From NCBI GenBank assembly GCA_900128395.1, contig LT649237.1, positions 1 through 64,000 of the forward strand: a stretch of 64,000 nucleotides of DNA. The letters run 5' to 3'. The notes beneath the pieces are model-generated. The model worked only from the letters and a program-made list of their open reading frames with translations, was not told where the DNA came from and ran no database searches. Below are positions 1 through 10,437 of the stretch, piece by piece (the first letter of the stretch is position 1; each line of letters opens with the position of its first letter). The translations under genes were made by a program, and so were the position numbers. Source of the DNA: Stramenopiles sp. TOSAG23-2. Lineage: Eukaryota.

Positions 1-683
1 CACTTCACTATGTGATATATATGTTTTTACAGTTGTTATTATTCATTTTTTATTCATTCTTCAGAAATTATTTTACAATTTCAAAAGTTTTTCAGTATAC
101 TTTTATATAGGATAAAACTCATCTATTTTAGCACTATTCCAGCATTGTCGTCCGCGTCTTTCAAGGAAAAACAAAGCGTCTTTTCATTGACGAGAACAAC
201 ATACAGCGACAAACAACACCTAGAATTAAAACGAAAAGGAACACGCGCGGAACGTATTCGAAGACAAGTGTCATTAGCATTCGATCAATCACTTAGTAAG
301 CCACCATTACTAGATCCTTTATTAGAAAGTAGTTTTCGAAGATCTGTAGTATTGCAATAGAAGCTGCGTGCTCCTTTACTTCGGCTATGTTCGAGATCTT
401 TGCAAATTTGATTTAATATTAATGATAGTTAAAATCTAAGTTATATATATCATGTAATTAATTTTACACTTCTCGTGTTAAGTAATATATGCTCAATACT
501 CAAGCGCAAGAATAATATTCTATCCTACTATAGTGTAGCTCTAATGCACCTCTGCAAACTAATACTCCACAAGCACGCTCACCATGTGATAATTTCCTCG
601 TACTCTTCAAAAGAATTACGAAATATCATATAAACTGAAGGCATTTTAATATCTATCTCACATCTCACACTACATCATGTGCG

Positions 684-2520
684 TTATTTTTTGTCACACT
701 CTTCTTTGTGTCCATTTTCCCAGTGTTTGATTTGGCAGAATTTATTACAATACTCACACTGCTGGCATCTAGCACATAAACTTTTTTTTATAGTATTTGA
801 TATGCCACACCCAGCACACGTGCTGAGGGGGGAATGAAAGATCTGAATGATTTTATCATGATACTTTGTATTTTTTGTAGATGCTACCTCTAGAAACGTT
901 TTACGCTGGGCTTCAAAATTTGACTTTCCAGCCCTAGCAGCCTTCTCTACTTCTTCATTCGTACATGCACCCTGCTTGATTAACCATTGTACACAATCCA
1001 AATGTCCCCAATAAGCTGCAGCATTGATTGGTGTCCAAATAGCATTCGTATTATGACCATGATCAATATCAGGGGCGCCTCCATACTTCTGAATCAGCTT
1101 TAATACAGGAAGACTACCCCCAGTAACAGCTATAAAAAAAGGAGATATTTCATCACTTCCTCCTGAATCGGGAAATAATTTTTTTACATCTGCTTTAGCA
1201 CCATAATCTAGTACCAACTTGACCATCTTTGCATTACCAGAATTAATCGCTTGAAAAAGGGGTATACGGGTAGCCCCCTTCCTGTGAGAATGTATCATAA
1301 ACTGCTTATCTAAAGGCGGTGCAACAAAATTATTCGAACCGTTTTCTTCATATAAAAAATTTAATACATCCAACCTATTTTCTTGAATAGCTTTAAGGAC
1401 AGGGGACACATCTGCCAAGTTGTATTTATCAGCACCACCACCTTGGTTGTAAAGATATTTTATTATTTCTATTGGACTCTTGCATATACTGTTTAAAAGT
1501 GCTGTTCTTCCATCAAAGCTAGGAACCAAAATGGTCTCCCGCCCACCATGATCGCATATCCATTTTATAACATCTAAGCTCAAACCAGAGCATACAGCGT
1601 TATTTAGTGGGTTTAATCCTTGACCAACTTCCTGTTCCACCCACCTCGTATCATTAACACCATGCAAAAATAACCATTCTAACAACTCTATGCTGTCACA
1701 TGTTAAACTTATATGTGCCAGCGAATAAGCTTTCGGACGTGCTATTTCAACAAAATCATCTTTTGAAATTATATTAGTGTCCCAGAGTTTTTGTAATTTA
1801 TTCACAAGAATTTTACCAGTGTTTTTCTTTTCCTGACTGAAAATGTCTTTACGTTGTAAAATAGTTTGAACAACAATATCTGATAGGACATCGTAACCAC
1901 GAGTGCTATCTTCAAGCTTGTCAAAAATTTTCCTTGCAGCATCCGACTTTTCCTTTGCAAGTTTTTTGAGCTGTTTCTTTTTTGCACGTGCAATTTTTTT
2001 GGGCATAAGTTTCTCATCAAACTTATGAAACATATCTTTCTTTATTGATTTATAAGAGGTTTTTTTAAACAATTCATCAACTAAGCCATCAAGCGTTTTT
2101 TTCTTTTTTCTTTTTATTATTTGTTGTTGTACTACTGGTACATAATTTTTTACATGCGTTTTTATGACCCTTTTTCCATGCATTCGTTTGGCATGACTTA
2201 CTACAGTAATATGTAACTTTACAACGTGAACATCGAAACATTTTACTAGATGTTTTTGCACAGTAGCCACACACTTTTGGCATTTTTTTATCTGCTTTTG
2301 ATGCTTTGTGATTATTCTCAACACAATAATTTTGCGCTTCCTTTATTAAACGTTCCTTCTCTTTGATTTGATTTTTCTTAAAAGTCTCATTATTGTAATC
2401 TGCACCACCACTTTGCATAGCATTCCATGTTGCCAACTGTTGTTTTGCAATTGGATTCCCTTGCTCGGCCGCTTTTTCCAACCAACGTCTTGCTTCGTGG
2501 TGTAACTCTGGTAACCCCAT
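684..2520 (-). CDS. Sel1-like/zf-MYND/ankyrin-repeat/zf-MYND protein, interrupted by a 1-nt frameshift near 2095-2115; true 5' end uncertain
   Basis: ORF 2089-2520 has a Sel1-like helix pair (EARRWLEKAAEQGNPIAKQQL) and a MYND finger (CGYC..CSRCKVTYYCSKSCQTNAWKKGHKNAC). The overlapping ORF 684-2324 has about 7 ankyrin-like repeats (e.g. TPINAAAYWGHLDCVQWLIKQGA) and a C-terminal MYND (CAGC..CARCQQCEYCNKFCQIKHWENGHKEEC). The frames switch in an A-rich run. Confidence 0.75.
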
Positions 2521-2864
2521 TTTAGCTAAAAAATACGCATAGGCTTGCTGGCAATCAATTTTTTTAATTTTTTATTGATCTCCAAATCTACTTCCTATCA
2601 AATATTTACAGTATATAATAGTTAAAGTGCACAACAACAATTTAAATTATTATTTTTTTTTTGAAAATTTACCTGTAATAATTAAGGACATTTTAATTTT
2701 ATTATTGTGCTATTCTAATGCTATTTATATATATTATTTTGAAATTATTATTGGTGCATTGTTGTGCTATTATTAAAATTTCGTCTAAATATATATTAAT
2801 ATATTGAAAAAAAAAGATAGAAAGAGACGAGGAATAATATATATTATGTATAAACAATCTAACA

Positions 2865-3110
2865 CTTTTTCGATTTTGTGCCTTTCTTATATATATATGT
2901 GTGTGTGTATTAAAATATATTAATATGTCAAATAAAAGAAAAAGAGGCAATGATAGTACTGGTGGTGGACAAGTCCTACCAGAAGGACTTTTTCGATTTT
3001 GTGCCTTTCTTATATATATATGTGTGTGTGTATTAAAATATATTAATATGTCAAATAAAAGAAAAAGAGGCAATGATAGTACTGGTGGTGGACAAGTCCT
3101 ACCAGAAGGA
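2865..3110 (+). repeat. Perfect 123-bp tandem duplication (2865-2987 and 2988-3110) spanning a 5' UTR and start codon
   Basis: The unit ctttttcgattttgtgcc...gtcctaccagaagga occurs twice head to tail. The period is 123 nt = 41 codons. Confidence 0.95.
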
Positions 3111-3749
3111 GGGGAAAGTAGAAGGAGTAAGAGGAGGAGCGGTGGAAGTACAATTGATAAAGAGGAACTGGAAACACAACGCTGTTGGGGTATATATCTT
3201 AAACCAACAGGGTGGAGATATGTAGCTGGAAATCTCCAAGATCACATATTTATCCCTAGTTCCTTGAAACAATACAGCACTAGAATCATAAAGAAATATG
3301 GGACAAACGGAATACATTATTTTAATGGGTATATTGGGTTGAAAGACCAGTTTATTGAAAAAAAGTTTGCTGGTGTTGTTGGTTTGAACACACCCGATAA
3401 AATTATTGATAATATGAAAGAATGGTTCAAAGTTGCATATGAGATGGCAGCATATGCTCCACCGCCAACTGCTGAAATGAAAAGGTCATTGTTATTGAAT
3501 AACACATCCCATGCATCCACCATGACCATGGTACCTGCAGTTGCTTCAAGCAGTAGTGGAATAAGTGAAGCAACAGTTAAAGATACATGTAGTTATTGTA
3601 ATAAGGATGTAACTACTCTACATTATAGAATTGGTACAACATCAAATAGATATATGCACTCCGGGTGTTACTTTAAAGAAAAATTAAATCAATCAGAGGA
3701 GGAGAATAAACATTTAAAAGCTGAATTAAAAAATCACTGGAAGAAATAA
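2925..3749 (+). CDS. Hypothetical protein, probably nuclear (basic N-terminus, C-terminal CxxC...HxxC putative zinc finger and coiled coil); alternative ATG at 3048
   Basis: Open frame beginning MSNKRKRG (NLS-like), with CSYCNK...YMHSGC near the C-terminus. No family recognised. Confidence 0.6.
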   Translation: MSNKRKRGNDSTGGGQVLPEGLFRFCAFLIYICVCVLKYINMSNKRKRGNDSTGGGQVLPEGGESRRSKRRSGGSTIDKEELETQRCWGIYLKPTGWRYVAGNLQDHIFIPSSLKQYSTRIIKKYGTNGIHYFNGYIGLKDQFIEKKFAGVVGLNTPDKIIDNMKEWFKVAYEMAAYAPPPTAEMKRSLLLNNTSHASTMTMVPAVASSSSGISEATVKDTCSYCNKDVTTLHYRIGTTSNRYMHSGCYFKEKLNQSEEENKHLKAELKNHWKK

Positions 3750-4095
3750 AAATCTTGAAAGCAAAATTGCAAGCAAAAACTGCCAAGTTAGGTGTCAATC
3801 AATCAATAGAAGAGGATAATGAGGAAACATGTGATGAAACAGAAGATTCATTTGATGTATGTATGGGAGAAAATGGTTCAGGTGTAGTGTTAATTTGAAA
3901 ATTACAAAAAGAAGGAACATGATGCACTGTGTGTGCGTATTTTTAAAAAAAAATACACAGCTGCCTACAAAAAATAGTACTCGTATGATAAATAATAAGT
4001 ATTTTATACGAATCCGTATACGAACTCGTATTATATTATACATTTTTTTTTAAAATCCTCAACTCCAAATTTCCAAGAACCTTTTTATCACCACT

Positions 4096-7000
4096 TTAGT
4101 TAAAACGATTTCGAGAATTATTTCTTCCCCATCTTCCACGGCCACCACCTCCACGTCCTCGTCCACGTCCACGTCCACGACCTCGTCCACGTCCACGTCC
4201 TCGTCCACCAGAACGTCGGTTATTGTAATTATTATTACGACGATTATTATAATTATTATTTCGACGATTATTATTATTTCGATTGTTTTTATTATTATTG
4301 TCATCTCCATCTCCTGATGTACCAATGTTCCGTGATTGCAACATATCGTCATTTAAGTTTACAAATTGTTCTATCCTACCTGCAAATTGCTCAGCGAGTG
4401 TTTGCAATTTTGTTGGCTCCGTTTGATGTAATACGATGGTTTTCGTTAACTGATCCCACTTTGCTGAAAGTTCTCTGGTAACCATCATTTTTGAAACGAT
4501 GGCATGTACCTTGTTTTCGCTCATTTGGAAAACATTGCACAATGCAGTTTGGGAAATACTGTCATAATGCGTACTGTACGTTAATAAATATACACGCAAG
4601 CCGACTTCTTTAATCAAATCTAATAAACGTGCTTTGACCTGTTCGCTATTCGTTATCAATCGCCAAACACGTTTCATTCCAAAGATATAGTTAGCACATT
4701 CTTCCCAGCTACCAACACGAAGTGCTTTGGAAGCCGCGTGTACGAATTCTTTAGTACTTTCTGGAGGACCATTGAAACCGTTGCGTTCGATACGGTCCAT
4801 CGTTGAGTAGTAATTGATATCTACACGGTCGCGTCTAGCTTGCAATGTTGGTGACGCTTTATATGGCATTTCCAACAGCATAGCAGATGTTAAATGGCAA
4901 CATTCAATCAACTCCAAATTAATATGTTGATGGTATGGGACTAACCGACGCTTTTCTAAATTTTCTTGCGCCGGGTCTTTCTCCTCGTAACGCCTATTTT
5001 TCCATGCGATACCCTGTGCCAATAACTCTTTCACACGTCCACCTTTACATACTTCACCTAAGCAACTTCTGCATTCCTTTAGCAAACCAGCGCGGAATGC
5101 ACATAAACCTACTTGTGCCAAAGTTCTGTTGTATAAAATTTGTGTAGCAACATCTGTTTTGGATATAGTATCTCCAATATGACTCATTAAAAGCATATCT
5201 CGTGCCTCATAAAAGCGATCATGGATTGCATGGTGGAAAACATGGCAGAGCACGGCACGATGTGTCGATCGAGGATCACCAACTTTGATAATATATGTCG
5301 ATAAATTTACCAATTCCTTTGAAACATTTAAATCTTCTACATCAAGAGTAGGATAGCCACTTGCAGCACCAGGGTGGCTCGTTGCAACATCAACATTTGC
5401 ATTTGGTTTTGACCCATAAGTACAAGCTGGATGGAAAAATGAACGATCGCCAAATGTTTTCTTCAACGTTTGAGCTTTGTTCAATGCATTTGCAATACGA
5501 TCATGTTTGTAATACGTGTGTTCCATTCGTAGCAAAGCCATTCGTGAAGCTTCCTTATGGTCATCTTGTCGTTCATAATACAATTGTGTACCAAAAGCTA
5601 ATTCAAGGAACATCGCCTCGTCTTCCAATCTGTTGACGTATTCGTATGTTTGAGGATCAATCTTTTGCAAAGCTTTGGTATATTGTTCCTCCAAACGTGA
5701 AACGTATGCTCCAAGGTCGCCAGGAACATGCAAGACACCATCAGCATCTAAGTCCAATTGTGTATCGTCAACTTCTGCTGCTGCTGGTTTTGCTGTCGTT
5801 GATGCTGGTTCGTCCGTTTTTTTTTCCTCTCCATCTTCACCACCATCATCAGGTTTGGCTTCAACTTTGGTTTCTTCTTTGATTTTTGGAAGCGACTTTT
5901 GAAGGATTGCTGTTGCAGCTATATCATCGGTTTTTAATGCTCCGAGTTTTATTCCACGTTCAGAATCCAAAGCGGTAACTACACGAGTTAAACAACGATT
6001 ACATTCTCTCCAAACGTCTTGAGAAAGATATGAATCAATATTCCTAATACGATCAAATTGTGCTGATACATAATGCATTAAAACAGGGATAAGTTTTTCC
6101 GCACCAAATTTATTAGCCTATACGTTTATATCAAAATGTGATGTTAGTTTATGTTTTCAATAATAAAATAAAATATAAGCAGTAGATATATATGTATGTA
6201 TGTCTAAAGATATATTTCAACAAAAGCCGGGCGCTAAAAGTTTCATCAACCATGAGAACAGCGGGTCTAGACCGCACCACAAGACTTCATTATTTTGATC
6301 ACAATTTACAAATTTAATAAATAAATTGTGTTTTTGTTCATTCTTCTGTACAATTATGGGATTTATACGGGTCATCGCTCACTTTTAATTCATAAAATTT
6401 TAATTAAAAAAAATTACGTTCAAAATGTAGCCAAAAAAATACCGAATCCATGTTTTTTAATTTTTAAATTGTACAGGGGAAAAAAGAAAAAAAGAAACGG
6501 AAAGTTTTAATTATATGTTTGCATTGGTGTTGATCAATATTTATATATATATATATGTATATATATATATGTATGTATACATACCCTATATGAAAGTTCC
6601 AAAAGTTTCTTAATTTGCGAGCCGTCTTCTGTACCACGTTTTCCTCTTGCAGCAATTATTTTTTTCATTTCTCTACGTAATACAGCCGGTGTAAATTCTT
6701 CCTCTTTTTTCTTTTCAACTTTCTTTAATAAAAGTTGTTTCTTTCTCTCTTCCGCTTGTTTGCGCTGACGGTCTTGGCGGTCTTGTCTTGACTCTGATGC
6801 TTTCTCAGGTTTGTTATTCGATGGTTTTTTCTTTAACCATCTAGCACGACCAGTCAACTGTTCACGTTCGTCCTCGCTTTCACTACTAGAATCACTATCA
6901 TCACTTCCATCCCAATCTGGTTCCCCATCAGAATCAGCTTCCACTTTTGCCTTGGATTTTGTCTTTACATCATTATCACTATCATCATCATCATCGTTAT

Positions 7001-7619
7001 CGCTATCACTATCGCTTTTACTACTGTCGCTGTCACTATCGCTATCGCTATCACTGCTACTATCACTATCGCTATCACTGTCTTCATCTGATTCCTCGTC
7101 ATCTACAGGGTTTGCACGATATTTTTCAACTTCGTCAGCAAAGGATATTATATGCTCATTTTTCTTCAAGTTATGTTTCATACGATTTAAACTTTTGCTA
7201 TTGGTTTTGCTCAATTTGGTGGTTTTATCTTTCAATGCAGCAGCTAAATCATCTTGTAAATTCATGAGAAATTTTAAATAAAAATTAGGGATACCATCGG
7301 CTTTAAAATCATTTGCTAAACTTTTTACAGTTTTTTCTAGTTTAATATTCAATTCCAAAACTTGGTTCCAGTCATTAATGCGTATTTTCTTTTTAATATT
7401 TTCGGTAGTATCTTTCAACGCTTCAAATCGTTTTGTTTTACCAGACTTCACAACTCTTCCTTCATCTTCACTATCAGAATCACTACTGGACAGGTTCCAT
7501 TGATTTTTATTGCCACCAATTTTACCTTTAACTTCCTCGTTATTATCTGAACCTGAATCCGAATCAGAACCTGAGTCAGAGTCAGATGCAGACGAGCCTG
7601 CGAAAAATCTACCTGACAT
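4096..7619 (-). CDS. EIF3C: Eukaryotic translation initiation factor 3 subunit C; join(7619..6585, 6117..4096), about 1018 aa
   Basis: N-terminus MSGRFFAGSS followed by an acidic Ser-rich tract and RVVKSGKTKRFE...KIRINDW. It also has IIAARGKRGT, ARDMLLMSHI, QILYNRTLAQVGLCAFR, KELLAQG, VPYHQHINLELIEC, a PCI domain (VSKMM..ELSAKWDQ) and an RG-rich tail. A phase-0 GT..AG intron joins the two ORFs in frame (...LSYR|ANKFGAEKLIPVLMHY...). Confidence 0.95.
6118..6584 (-). other. Spliceosomal intron of eIF3c (467 bp)
   Basis: Donor AGG|GTATGT at 6584, a CTAAC branch-point-like sequence about 25 nt before the acceptor, and acceptor TAG|GCT at 6118. Removal gives a continuous eIF3c frame. Confidence 0.9.
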
Positions 7620-8447
7620 TTTTTTTTGTGTGTGTTTGTTTGTTTTTTGGTTCTTCTTTTTCTTGTTTCTTTCTTGTTCTTGTTTATAAATGAAAACTTC
7701 TGCTCTTTCTTGTTCTTTAGTTTTTTATGTAATATGTTTTATATATATATATATATACTTCGTGTTCCATGTTTTCCACTTGTCTATCCATGGCTATTCT
7801 AGTTATAATTAATTGATATTTTAACACTATAGACTATTGAAACAAATTCATTCACTCATGTGCATTTATTATATTTGTGTGAATTTCTGGTAAATGGAGG
7901 TGGAAATTTGATAGACGTTTATACATGGTAGTATATGCTAGCATTGAATGGACCAAATGACATCGCAGACCAGAAAAATAAAGAGCGTGTAAGTATAATC
8001 ACAGCATTAAATTATAATACCTGCTATTCCCATACTATTTACATTTTTGTAGTCTTTATTGTAGTTCATCCAAAATTCTGTAGCCTAAATAATAATCCAC
8101 CAGCCAGATTTTAGATTTTAGAAAGTACGTATTATTAAAATTATATAGAATATTGTAGTTGGTAGTATATAAATAGATATTATGCGTGTTGATGTATATT
8201 TTTTTCATCCTATCATGTTAATGTTGCCATATGATGTATGTAGTATGAGTATGCAACCCACATATCACCTGTGGCGGCCATCTACATCAGTATATTTTTT
8301 TCTGAAAAATAAAAAAAACAGAAAGTTAAAAGTGTGTACGCACACTACCATGTGGCAGAAGGGCAGGATGCAACTGTGGAAAAGCTTAACAATAAAGCGA
8401 AACAACAATAGAAGAAGAGGGAATTGCGTGTATATATATGTAATATA

Positions 8448-9686
8448 ATGACCATGGAAATAGCAATTATTGGATATGAAGGATGTGAATATCATATGTC
8501 TGCAATTGAAACAGCACATGCAGCTGGCATCAAAGCTATTGTAAAAACTGTGCCAAATCCAGAAGAATTTCAACGTTTTCTTATGTCAATAAAAGCAACA
8601 ACCCATCGTACTTCACCTATTGTTTTTGATATCACTGCTACTACTGCAGTGTCAGGTGTTAATATAAATATGGAGAGTCTTCTAGGCGCTACGCTTATTG
8701 GTGGATGTGATGAATTAAAGCAAAAACTTGGATATGCAACAACAGCAGAGGAACAACAAATGGCACGTCAAATCGATACATCGTCGCGTTCACCTGATGA
8801 AATAGCATCATTCTTTCATACAACACAACGTAGTCATCGCTTTGTATTGTGGGTTTTATGGCGTGGTGTTTGGTGACCTCCATGTCAGCAGTCGCTTCGT
8901 GGATATAATCGACTGCTGGATGATGTCCATAATGCAGGCGGTGAAATTATTGGGATTACCTCTGCACCACAAAGTCAAGCCGATACTGCTGCTAAAGAAT
9001 GGGGAATAAATTTTCCACTAGTGTCCGACCCTTCCTGTGAACTTGTTCTTGCCATGAATCGTAACGGTTGGATCAACAGTGTAGTTGAAATGGATGAATC
9101 GCGTACATCATCTGAAAGTTATTTTGTTCAACAAATTGGTACACAATATGAAATTGGAATGTTGCAGCCTGGTGTTGTTGCCCTGCAAGGCGAGATCGAT
9201 GTCTATAACGACAAAGCAACTAATGAAGATAGAAAAGTTCTTGTAACGTGGGGTTCAATTCCAACACTGGATAATGCTAAGGGTGCTGCTGGAAGATTAC
9301 ATCCACGTGATGCGTGGAGTGCGGTTAAACGGAGCCTTGATGGTGATTTTTCACTTGCTAGACCAGAAACTATTCAAGGTAAAATTCCAATCAATCCTAT
9401 CGTCTTTTGTATGATGCTTATGGCAAATGGTAATTTTATCATGCCTAAAACATTTACAAATGATGTTAATACTGGCCGTGGAGCAGATATTAAAAGGCAA
9501 AGTGCCATGAGAAAAGGATTTCTTGCTCTAGGTGCTTTAGGCTTTGGTGCTGTAAAAGCTCCGAAGCAGACATCTGCACTTCTTGCAGCTTACTTATCAT
9601 ATTTTTTTTTGACACCAGGTGGTCCAGGACAAGTCTTATATACCACTCTTTTTGCTGAATCGAAGGCTGGTACCAGCAAGCTATAA
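8448..9686 (+). CDS. Selenoprotein: glutaredoxin-like domain + AhpC/TSA (peroxiredoxin-like) domain with UxxC, C-terminal SKL; 412 aa, Sec at codon 143 (TGA 8874-8876)
   Basis: Reading through TGA 8874 gives 48 stop-free codons in frame with ORF 9021-9686: VLWRGVW-U-PPCQQSLRGYNRLLDDVHNAGGEIIGITS...WGINFPLVSDP. This is a typical AhpC/TSA pattern (RGxWCPxC ... lxFPlvSDP). The N-terminus has Grx motifs GCEYH, TSPIVF and LIGGCDEL. A SECIS is present downstream. Confidence 0.9.
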
Positions 9687-9890
9687 AGATTCAACATATA
9701 TATATATATCACAAAATGTATATATATATATATATATAGATAAATGTATAAATGTAAGATGGATTACTCAAACATAGTACTTTTTTCAAATTTTTTTACA
9801 TAATTTTTTGAGAGAGAGATAGAATTTTTGTTCTTTAAATATAGTATCACACACAACAAAAACAACAACAATAAACATGTTGCGTAAAAA

Positions 9891-9955
9891 TACATATGAC
9901 GTACACTGCTACAAAATCTTGATAGTTATAGGATGTAGTAATGTACCGAGAAATA
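9891..9955 (+). promoter_or_regulatory. SECIS element (type II) in the 3' UTR of the selenoprotein
   Basis: ATGAC (9896-9900) and CGAG (9947-9950) form the non-canonical core with tandem G.A pairs. Helix II GTACACTGCTACA (9901-9913) pairs with TGTAGTAATGTAC (9934-9946) at 12 of 13 positions. AAA is unpaired at 9914-9916, followed by an apical ministem TCTTG...TAGGA. Confidence 0.9.
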
Positions 9956-10437
9956 TTAATTGTTGTTTAATTTTAAATAATACGATATCGTATGATATGC
10001 ATATCATAAATCGTAAATATATAACGCGTATGAATATTTTTTTTATGATAATATTATTGGTTAAAATCTAAGTTATAATAGTTTTACTTCTCATTGGCCG
10101 TATCAAAATTATTTTTGTTTTATTTTTTCTTTAATTTAATATCTCGCACCATATATCATTATATTATGTACGAAGTATTATATTATGGTGTATTATTATG
10201 CGTTTTGGTGATAAATGTTCTCTCTTTCTCTCTCAATTTCTTACTCTCCGCGAATTTTGCAATATACGTAACTATTTTTTTTTATTAGTTTAATATTTTG
10301 CAAAACAAATGAATGAAATATGTGTGAATCTAATATATACATGATGTGTATTATATTATTATTATATTAATATAATATTCAAATCATAATATGAAATGTG
10401 GAGCTGATCCAAGTTATTGATATCATTATCATAACAA

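Noticed and set aside
145-360. 71-aa ORF in a slightly GC-richer patch
   Set aside because: TTG start and no recognisable motif. It may be a decayed fragment, but I cannot support it.
6212-6260. Resemblance to the 7SL 5' end (GCCGGGCGC) or to U17/snR30 m1/m2 motifs on the + strand
   Set aside because: Matches are short and inexact, antisense to the host intron, and lack the required flanking helices.
6534-6584. C-terminus VCIHTYIYIHIYIYKY of the 361-aa ORF
   Set aside because: Read-through into the eIF3c intron (TA microsatellite).
6811-7281. Ser/Leu- or His/Tyr-rich antisense ORFs here and opposite other acidic genes (e.g. 18334, 33547-37089, 46174)
   Set aside because: Shadow frames of low-complexity coding sequence on the other strand.
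8424-8876. 150-aa ORF and 221-aa ORF (9021-9686) as two genes or a nonsense pseudogene
   Set aside because: The TGA lies exactly at the redox Cys position, the frame is continuous and a SECIS follows, so they are treated as one selenoprotein.
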